From Zancudomyces culisetae HAW-14-8 (Eukaryota > Fungi > Kickxellomycota), in assembly GCA_052426225.1 (NCBI GenBank), contig JBNJNM010000008.1, positions 1,860,001-1,924,000 on the forward strand: a stretch of DNA of 64,000 nt. Direction: 5' to 3'. The position numbers and the translations under genes were made by a program. The notes under the pieces are model-generated. The model did no database searches, was not told where the DNA came from, and saw only the letters and a program-made list of their open reading frames with translations. This document shows, one piece after another, positions 54,065 to 64,000 of this stretch (position 1 is the first letter of the stretch; each line of letters opens with the position of its first letter).

Positions 54065-55465
54065 CTAGAAAATTATATCAACGTCTGAAATCTCCATAAG
54101 CATATCCCGAGGTGTAGTATCATCTTTATAGCCGTATTCCGCAGAAGCTTCTAAATATATCATTTTCACCAAGCTTTTAATCTTCTGGACTAATTATAAA
54201 CTAGAAACAAGATAAACACGATACTACTAATAATAACGCTAATAATAATAATGCTTAACTGACCCTGTTCGAGCTGTTCAAGTTCTGAGGCTTCCTTCTT
54301 TTTTGACTGTACTTTCTTTAATCTATATGCAAATTACCAAATAAAAAGGCAGCATGTTATTAATATCTATAATGACAAAATTATTATAAAAAGTAAAATA
54401 AAAACAAGAAAAACAGAGTAGCTTACCTATAGAATTCCTCACGATCTTGTTCATCAAGTTCCGAAGAAATGTAGCTAATAGTATTCCTGATTCGTGGAAT
54501 AACCACATGCTCAATAGCTGCGACCCGACGATTCGTCACACGAATAATCTCATCCAGCAACAAAAAGGAAGTTTGCAATGATGCCAACTCTATCAGGTTG
54601 TCCAGCACCAACGTATACTTCACTTTACAGTTTTGAATTTGTCGACTCCCGCCACTTAGCCCTGCTAGCTGTAAATGATGTGATGTGGCTATAGCAGGTG
54701 ATGATGTGGAGGACGGTGGGGGGGAGGAAGAGTTCGTACCTGTACCTCTGGGTGTAATATTGCCACTATTACCGCCAGTAGTGCCAGGCTGTCCTGATGA
54801 GACAAATTGTTTATTTGTTATTTTCGTAAATTTTGGTAAAACCACACCAGACACATTTTCCAACCGCGAATCAACGATAACTGAAGCAGTTTTTGAATTT
54901 TCGCGAACATAATAACCAAATTCACTAGTTCCACCGCCAATACTGCTTGTACTCTTCCCACCACCAATACCACTACTGCCAAGCGTTGAGGAATATGATG
55001 ATCGGGAGGATGAAGGCGCCACAACACCATCGTTTATTACATAATTTACTTGGGTCAGCGAAAACGACGCGTCTTGGATCACTGTGCCCAACTTCAGCTT
55101 GGCATCCTGTAATTTCTTGATAATTTCGCGAAATCTAATGTTCAGCGCCTCGCTCTTTCGTTTTAGTAGTGAATGTCCGGTTTCGGCACCCTTCAATCTG
55201 GTCTTTGTATTTTGAAGATTCCTAAGTAAAAATCGTTGTATAACAATCATTTGGATTATTTTATAACAATAAAACAAATTGAAAAAGAAAATCACACAAG
55301 ATATCTATACTTTCCCAATTAAAATTACAAAAAGATGAGGAGAGGGAGGAGGGGGGAGGGGGGTACATTCCTGAGGAATATATACATATGTGTATACATG
55401 TTTAGTTATAAGGGAGAAACTTACATTCGGGTTGGGAAAACATTTTCCCGATTACCTGAAGACAT
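54065..55465 (-). CDS. VMA8: V-type ATPase subunit D (exons 55465-55425, 55221-54427, 54322-54264, 54189-54065)
   Basis: [79 protein letters not shown], ends DVDIIF*. Confidence 0.96.
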
Positions 55466-56170
55466 TATGGACCGAGATAATCTTGAGGATTTTCTATGTT
55501 CCTTTTATATTTGAATTTAGATTTAGATTTGGATTACTGTTACCTAAATATATTGTTTAAGCGAGGGGAGTAGAATCGTGAATGAAATGGATTGTGGACT
55601 CTTTATCTTTATTATACAAATAGAATGCTGTATACAAATACTAGAATTAGACCTTGTGCTCTTTTTTTTTCTCATTTATTTAAGGTTTTTTTTTATTGAA
55701 CTGTTTTATTATTCCGCTCTAACCAGCACACAACAAACATCAAATAAGAGGATAGGTAGTTTTGGAAGTTGGGCTAATTTTCTGGGTCTCAAACCTGAGC
55801 TTTCTAATTGGCTTGCCACTCATTCAATTTATCATTGGATATGCAGAACCACAATAAATAAAAGTGAACATGTTTTGGCAGTACAGAGAGTATAGGAAGG
55901 TTTATGGGTAAATGTATTTAATTGACCAAAAAAGAAAAGAAAAATTGAATAATCGGGTTTATATATACACATCTATTTGAAATGTGTTTAGTGTGTATGT
56001 CTACAGATAATGAGAAATATATCTGATTACTAAAAGATAAGAGTAGAACCAATAGGTACTAAATTTAATATATAAAAATAGGGTGATAACTAAATTAATG
56101 TACAGGAAACGTATACAATAATATTAGGCTAATAAACCATAATTAATTTTTCAATATAACAAAGTAAGGA

Positions 56171-59100
56171 TTAAATTGAAAGAGTAAAAAACGAACCACC
56201 GCACACGCAAGTACTGGAATGGCGATCGAAGAGAGAGCAAATGCTTTGTTGGTGAACATTTACATTACCATTACTATTACCACCGTGATTTCCAAAAGTT
56301 GAAGGAAATGTAAAAGGAAGAGAAGAAGATGCACTTGTTGGAGAGTTGAAAGTTGGTGTAGTGGATGAAAAATGACCGCAAAGGTTACAGATTTTCAAAA
56401 GATAACCAGTATTATTGTTGTTGTTTTTGAGAGAGTTGGCCTTTGATAAAGTTGCGGCAGGTAGAGGATGAGGATGTAAATATTTGTGGTTTAGAGATAA
56501 CTCAGCCCCGATTGTATTTGTAAGTGTAGAAAGGTTGTTGGACGTGTTGGCTGAGGTATTGGTTTTTAACAGTAATGGAGGGGATGGCTGGAAAGTGGAT
56601 GAGACTTTTTTGATGTTATCAACAAAGAATGAAAGATTAGAAAAAAGTGGGCTTGGGCAGGTGTTATAAAATTCTACAGTTGGACTGAATTGGGAGAGAT
56701 GACGAGAGTTCAGAGCTGTATCATTAGAACCAGTCAAAATTTGGTTAGTGGGGTCAGTAGATTTCCATAGTAATAGTAGATCGGGACTGCTGAGAAAGGG
56801 AGAGAAAGAGGTTGGATCGAGAATGGGGGATTGACAAGAAAGAATACTGATAAGAGACATTGTATTGTTACCATTAGTATTGATGTTGTTGTTGATTCCA
56901 GGGTTAGTATGATGTGGGTTTTTGTACATATCAGTTTTGGAAAATAACAGTTGCGATGAGTTTTTGATATATATTTGCAGAATATCAGATTGATAAAACA
57001 GTTTAATTGCAAAGTTTGTAACCAAGTTAAAGTAGAGATTAGGAGTAGTGTTGGGGTTATAATTGGGTATAGAAATTGGATTAGCATTGGGATTGGCGTT
57101 AGGGTAAGTATTGGGATTGGAGTTGCGGTTGTTGTTGTTGTTGTTGTTGTTATGATGGGAAGAAAGTAGCATGGAGAGAGTAAGTTTTGTGGAAAACAGC
57201 AAAGAAGAATCAAAAGAAAAACTGGGAGGAAAAGAGCCGACAGAATTACTGTTGTGATGGAAATGATAAGAGTGATACAAATTGATGTTTGAGTAGACAA
57301 AGGATTTGATTGAGTTTATGAAATGCTCGATGAAATCCAGATTGACAGGAAAGACAGAGCATGTAGCTAATTGTAGTTGTTTGATGTAGTGTGAAATGGT
57401 GTTGAAAGTGGTGTTGAAAAACCAAGGATTATTGTTGGTTAAGTTTGAGTTTGTGTTTGTGTTTGTGTTTGTATTTGAGTTTGTGCTTGTGTTTGTGTTT
57501 GTTGGTTGGTTTGGGTTGTGGGCTTGATTAGGGCTTGAGTTTTGATATAAGTTTTGATGATGGTTAAGCATTATATGTGAGTTTATGTTTTGGTTAGCAA
57601 ACATACTCGGGTTATTATTGTAATTGGAAACTGGGCTCGAGTTTGGGTTTAGGTTTGGATTGGAAAAGTAGTGATTGAGTGTGTTTAGTTTTGTAAATAA
57701 ATCGTTACGGATAAATTTTACGAATTCAAGAATTTGAGACAACAAGTCGATAGTTTGGGGTAGTAACAGTAGTGATAGCCTAGAGATAGGAATTTCAAGA
57801 TTTGGATTACCATAACCACGAGGGTAATTATTGCTTTGGTTTTGAAGAAAAGAAATCAGTGAAAAATTATTTTCGTTAAACCAAGATACCAACCCATAAA
57901 AATAGTAACCTAACGAGAGTGTCGACCAGATAGCCAGAGAAAATAATGAGGGGAAAGAAGCAGACCATTCGATAAAAGTGTTGGGTGATAGAGCAGCCAG
58001 ATTCGGATTAAGGTTTGAGTTGAAAGTGGAAGTGAAGTTGGGTGAGAGTGGAAGTGGAATAGAGGACCAAGAATAGACGCTATGTGTATGATTAAGAGAG
58101 GAGATGGAGGTATAGTGTAGCAAAAGTGAGAGGTTGGTGGTTAGATGTTGATAGATTTCGGGGTGTGGATTTGAATTAGCAGTTATGCTTGTATTTGATT
58201 TTACATTTGTATTTGGGTTGGTAGCCAAGGTAAAGAAATTTTTGAAGGAATTTGTACCATCAGCACATGAAGAAAACAGTTTCATCGCAATTCCAAGTAA
58301 TACAGTCCATGAATTGGTAAAGGATAAAGTGGGATTCAAAATAAGAGGCTTTCCACCTAGAGGCTTGGATAGTAATGTGCAACATGTCGACAAAATGGGC
58401 TCAAGATCATCTGGATGGACTAAGCGAAGAACATGTACTAGATCACTTGAATCCAATCGATTCAAAATTTTATATGTTAGCTTGTAAGCATAAAAATATT
58501 TACGACTCAATAACAAATGGTTACTATGAGGGTGTTTGTTAGATTGTTGTTGTTGATGTTGTTGATGTTGTTGATGTTGTTGATGTTGTTGATGTTGTTG
58601 ATGTTGTTGTTGATGTTGATGTTGTTGATGTTGTTGATGTTGTTGATGTTGTTGGTGTTGTGAGGCTTGGGAAAGCACAGACGATGGCATTAAAAATGGA
58701 GATTGTAATTTTGATGGTAATGGTGGTGATGATAGTGGCAAGGGTAATGGTAAGGTTGTGGAAATAGATGGCGAGAATTGTAATCGTGAGAGCAATAAAC
58801 CATAGTTATTAGCTTCATCCTCTACATCTAAAAGTCGAACATTATTGTACAACATCATTAATTGTGGTAATGGTGTAGGTTGAGTTCGAACTCCACCCAA
58901 AACAGTGTTATTTTGTGGTGCGAAGGATGAAACAAGAACAGAATATAAATCTCCATCCGTCGAAAATAAACCTTTCACAACAAATTCTGTATCGAATACA
59001 AATGGTTGAATTACCACTGTTGCTTTGGTGTTTACCGTTGGATTATAGCTGTGGTCTTGAAAGTTGGGTTGGCCAAGTTTTTGGTTATTTTCAGGTAGAT

Positions 59101-62100
59101 GGTAAACTGTTGCTTTTCCATTTGACCACCAAACGACCCAATTGGCGTAGTAATTACTAAATTCATCCGCAATACTATCCTGGTCACTGAGTTGTCGGTT
59201 TAGTAAATACGGATTTGTGTTTATTAGCTGGATATTTGTAGGATAACAACCTTCATCGATTTCTAAAGATTCTGTCACCAGCCTAAATCCAAGTATTATC
59301 ACTCCACTATCACTATCACTATCACTACCAGTATTATTATTATTATTATTATTATTATTGTTGTTGTTGTTGTTATTATCATTGCTATTTATAATCATTT
59401 CCACACTTGAAACACGATTCTCAAACACTTGGGTTTGGTTGTTGTATTCACTTGTCACAATTACTATTCGTGGAAGTCTGAATGGATTTGGAATTAGTTT
59501 TACATCAATAAGTTTATTGCTACCATTGGTGCCACCCAAACCGTTGTCTCTCGCTACTGTTCTTAAAAGATTATTCGCAATTTGGCTCGAAAATAACGCC
59601 TCCATATTGTTTGTATTGGTATTGATTCGTAAAATATACATCATTAGTACGTCCTCGCTATCACCACCAACATTGGGACTTGATAATCTCCAATTCGCCA
59701 ACACATTCAAGACAATTTCCCGGTTATCAAACCTGTAGTTTATATCTGAGTGTGTTATAAAATAATTAATTCCACCCGCTCCGCCATCCTTATTATCACT
59801 ACTGTTTCGACCATATCGTGTGTTCTCGAGGTTTATCGGTAATTGATAAGGTCTTATATTGATGTTTCCATCTTCATTACCATCGATCCCAAAGCTATTA
59901 CTTCTATCATTAGCACTATGTCTATTTTTGGCATTCACATCAGTATCTACGTCATTTAGGGTCGAGATTTTGTGTACCTCCAACAATCCAAGACTGGTTA
60001 GACAAACTATTGACTCCTTGCACAATCTCATGCTCTTGATTTTATCCCCACCAGTATTGGTATTGCTGATATTATTTTTTAACCGAAAATATTTGTGCCC
60101 TGGGCCAGACCTTTTGCTTTTTTCACCTTTATATTCTTGAAATTTGGTTTTTTCCAGTTCCAAACTCGTTATCTTTCTTGCAACATTTGGTTGCAGCATA
60201 ATCGTTTTTTCTACCACATTACCTTCATACCTAATATTTCCAATTCCATGAATAGCCTTACCGCAATTGTTTATATTAAAGTATGTGTAGTCGCCTAACC
60301 AGCAAACCGAGCGAATTCCTCCTCTCGAATCCAACTTATTGATGAGCTTCCAATCACTCTTGGATGCCTTGGAAACTCGATATATATGCGTCTTACCACT
60401 TGTTGGTTGGTTAATTAGCACTGTCTCTCCTAGCCTATCCAAAAATAATTTATTACCACCACCACTACCACCAATATTATTATTGTTGTTATTATTATTA
60501 TCATTTGCTACATCCATTTCAATACCAATCTCTCCAATCGGCATCATCACACCATTCACGCCACTATGTAATTTCGAGGTTGTAATAGTCGATGTAGACG
60601 AAGCAGTGGCAGGTGATTTGGTGTTTTTCATATCTTTGGACGAGATTATGTTGCTGACCACCAATAACTGGACCCAACTTCTGCCATCATTGCGGTTTTC
60701 AGGTCTGTTAACCGCCATTATATTTTGCTCCCCCCACTCCATCCCACCGTAATCATATTTACAGCCGTTAGCCTCTGGAAACATTCCTGATTTTATTTTG
60801 CCGTTAAGTAGTTCCTGATATGCCTGGTGAAAATGTCTATTCACACTAGCTATACTATTTTTCCTTCCCTCTTTTTCATATCTGCCTCCAATTCCCAATT
60901 CAGCTCCTTCTTTATCTCTTTCCAATAATTTATCTACTTCCAATTTCTCAAGTTTTATCGTTCCTAAATATAGAATCCACGAACTCCTTAATTAATTATT
61001 GTTTCTTTTAATAAAATTTTATATAATATATATACAAACACTTAAAATCACATGTTTTATGAAATAATGGTAACGATAACGATCTAATATACTCGCTTGT
61101 TAATCTCAAAAGTCCAAGATTTTTTTTACCTTTATCTTGAGTGTTCAAGCGTATTTTTACTCTCTTTGTACCACCCTCTTTACTCTTTATCCCTTGTTTG
61201 ATTACAACATTCGATACCTTTTTATTCTTTCCGTCGGCTTTACGCTTGAGTTTACCACTACTCGACTTTATTTGCAGTTGACTAGTATTTATGCTTTGCT
61301 CTCCTTCATTATTATCTTTATCTTTTTCTTCTTTCTCTTTCTCTTCTTTCTCTTCTTCCTCTTCTTCTTCTTCTTCTTCCTCTTCCTCTTCTTCTTCACC
61401 ATCACCATCACTATTTCTATTATCATTCTCATTCTCATCATTTCTGCCGCCTTCACCACTATTCACAACCTCTATATGCCCCTCGCTCCTGCCTCCTGTT
61501 TGATCTTGGCCTCCAATCACATTCTCACCTCCGCGAGTATGCTTATCATCATATGTGCTTCCCTGCTCGTTACTATTTTTCGTCTTATTCTCATTTCTAC
61601 TCGTATTCGAACTAACACACTGTCCAGTATTTCCTTGTTTTCGCTTTCCAATCATTTGTTGTCCAATTGATGTCTTTCTGCGTCCTTTCTTAGTTGTATT
61701 ATCGGCTCCGGTACTATCGGTTTCTAAATACGCATTCGTTTTTACATTCGCTTCTACTTTATCACACGTATCCTTTTCCTGCTTCATTCTTAGCTCTTGT
61801 TGCTGTCTTTGCTGCTCTTTTCTACTGCCTTTACTTACTTTTTTACCCTTCTTTTCAGTCCCCCCAACAGCCAGCGTCTGGGCACTCGGGTGCGCTTGTA
61901 GTACTGCCTGTGCTTGCGCTTTCGCTTGCGCCCGCTCAAGCTGTTGTTGCTGTCTCTTACTCAACTTTTTTGGTTTGGCGCCAGTAGTTGACGTTGCCAA
62001 TGTTGCTGTTGACGGTGTCAATAGTAGTCCGCTATATTTTGCATTTGCTTTTATCATAATCTTTTCATTTACGCTCTCCATAAGCTTATCAAACTCTAGC

Positions 62101-62870
62101 AGATCAAACTCTTTTACGACTCTTGACTGCCCGTTCCTCATAAACTTTTCCCTTCTTGCCTTTTCCTTTTCCGCTTTTTCTTGTTGCTCTCGCTCCATTC
62201 GCTTTATCTTTTCTTTCTCTATTTCACTCCCTTTTGTTTTTTCAGTATCACTTGTACTAGTATCATCACTATATCTGGCATTACTTTCCTTCTTTTGCAA
62301 TGTTTTTTTGGTTTCTGTGCTTTGTACCTCTTGTTGCTCTTTTTTTTCCTCTTCAACCTCTACTCGCTTTGTTTCGACTCCAAATCCTATCTTCTCGTCT
62401 TTATTATGGCTAAATACATCATCTCCATCTGGATTTGTGCCAAACTCCATACCCTTTAGCATTTGATCAAAGCTCATACTTGCCTTTTCATCATTTTTTC
62501 TTTCCATATCCATTGTTTTATCCGTATCTAAAAATCCAAAATTTAAGAACTCGCCTAGCTCTGTTACATCACTTCCCTTGAAATCCCATAACTCCATTGC
62601 TGGAAGTTTATCTTGCATTATTCCTCCCTTCATTCTCCCAGTCTCTTTTTGCGCCCCATTTCCCTCTTCAACAACTTTTTCCACATCACCTACCTTCTCC
62701 TTTTCCTCCTCTCCGCCTTTTGTCTTAACCCATCCTAGTACCTCTTTATTCCATTCTTGCCCGCCTATTGCCTGTATTTTTGCCATATCCTCGCCTAGTA
62801 TATATGTTCCATCCAGCCCTTGTACTAAGCCGAGTTCTTTCCATATTAGCGAGTCTTCATCCCCTTCCAT
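56171..62870 (-). CDS. MED16: Mediator subunit 16 (Sin4)-like protein, ~2177 aa, two exons (62870-61130, 60963-56171)
   Basis: C-terminal ICNLCG...CVCGG Zn-knuckle; beta-propeller-like middle (MEWGEQNIMAV, RSVCWL); phase-1 intron GTAAAA..TTTAG joins the two ORFs, the second of which opens with TTG rather than ATG. Confidence 0.62.
58545..58660 (-). repeat. Coding (CAACAACAT)n repeat giving a poly-QQH tract in the MED16-like gene
   Basis: TGTTGTTGA/TGTTGATGT units on + strand; protein QHQQHQQHQQ... Confidence 0.9.
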
Positions 62871-64000
62871 ATTTATTTTTATGTATTACCCTGTTCTTGC
62901 TGCCACAGTACCCTAATACTCTGTTATTCTATGCCTCTGTACTATTACTTTTTTTTTTACTCTACTGCTTCCTTTTCTGCAACCTCAAAGTAATGTTATC
63001 TAGCTGTTGAAATGTAAATCTTTTTTTGAGGGGGAGGGGGAGGGTTCGAAGTTTCGTTATGACTATTTAGCCCCGTTTGAAATACGCGAATCCTAGTTTA
63101 TTAATCTAGATTACTGGTTGAAAATATTTCAAATTGGGTTTTATATTTGCTCTTTTCTTTTGCTTCACTTTGTTTTTTTCGCTTCAAGTTCAAGGTCGCT
63201 AGCGTATATCTACATGTATCACTCCACACTTGCGCTTTCCTAACTCTTTGAATTCGTATATTTTTAATACTTTAGCCTGAATTAACAAAACAGTTTAAAG
63301 ATCTATACCACTAATATACTCCAAAAATGGTAAACGAGTCTAGTTTTGTAGTAGCACTTCGTATGTCGATGAAATACTTCTTTCATACAAACCTTGTTGT
63401 GCTATAATTGGAATATGTATTTTATGGTTGAAGTCTATCTTCTACCAAATAGTAAATTTTTTGTGCAAATTAGTTTTATTTGATTATTTCTCTTTTATTT
63501 TGAGGTTTGTATTTTCCTATTTCAACTTTTATATCATTTGTCCTTTTTATGATTTACCTGATTTTGTTTAATTTTTTTTATTGCAAAATTTATTTCTCTT
63601 ACAAATGCAATCAATTAACTTGTTGAAATCTATTAGCTTGTTATAAATCTGCTAGATTTTGATTTGAATCGTTTCTAATTAACTTTTTGTAATTCACAAA
63701 ATTGGCCAATTTCCGTTTTAATTTTTTTTCTTGTGTAATCACAATCGCACTAGGCTAAAGCTATTGTAATTGATGGATATTTTTCTCCTTTTTTGCGTTT
63801 ATTGAATCACTTTTTAATTCCTTATTTTTTTAGCTTAACATCTATTTCGGCCTCTTATTCCCGTCTTTTATTTCCCAGAAAATATACATTGCAAATTGAA
63901 ATTTCAAACAAAAAAAAATTAAACACTAAAACATGAGTTTTGTATGCTAAATCCAAGATAATGTTATCTTTACAAAGCAGATAAAAAGGTTTACTTTGTA

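Noticed and set aside
61137-62916. Long plus-strand ORFs opposite the MED16-like exon (and similar shadows at 31.3, 33.6-34.6 and 36.1 kb)
   Set aside because: Antisense shadows of purine-rich coding strands that are depleted of reverse stop codons

Overview
AT-rich, intron-containing eukaryotic DNA from an early-diverging fungus. A Harpellales/Kickxellomycotina-like origin is my inference from gene style and a DIRS-type gag remnant, and it cannot be proven from the sequence alone. The window holds about 22 protein-coding loci with canonical GT-AG introns: an ATO/ADY2-type transporter, GPI2, a complete ~14-exon telomerase reverse transcriptase (TERT), NDUFB11, RPL9, mitochondrial TrpRS, EMC10, a PanK-DUF89 fusion, Serinc/TMS1, a Shg1/BOD1-domain protein, Miro/GEM1, an ADIP/SSX2IP-like coiled-coil protein, an orphan acidic protein, a secreted 6-Cys CBM19-like peptide, an MCT-type MFS transporter, NTM1, PMT1, ALKBH1, an Mso1-like protein, V-ATPase D and a ~2177-aa MED16-like protein. 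It also has a DUG1 pseudogene with an internal deletion and a decayed retroelement gag. No tRNA, rRNA or CRISPR was recognised. The most unusual signals are: (1) a repeated, orientation-independent G/C strand-skew sawtooth that flips inside genes and tracks the low-complexity protein insertions; (2) two convergent gene pairs whose coding ends overlap; (3) a compact structured non-coding element with a thrice-repeated GGATGGTA motif at ~23.4 kb; (4) a TERT RNA-binding domain with a large insertion and no visible CP dipeptide. Exon boundaries were reconstructed by eye and may be off by a few bases. No database search or folding program was run.
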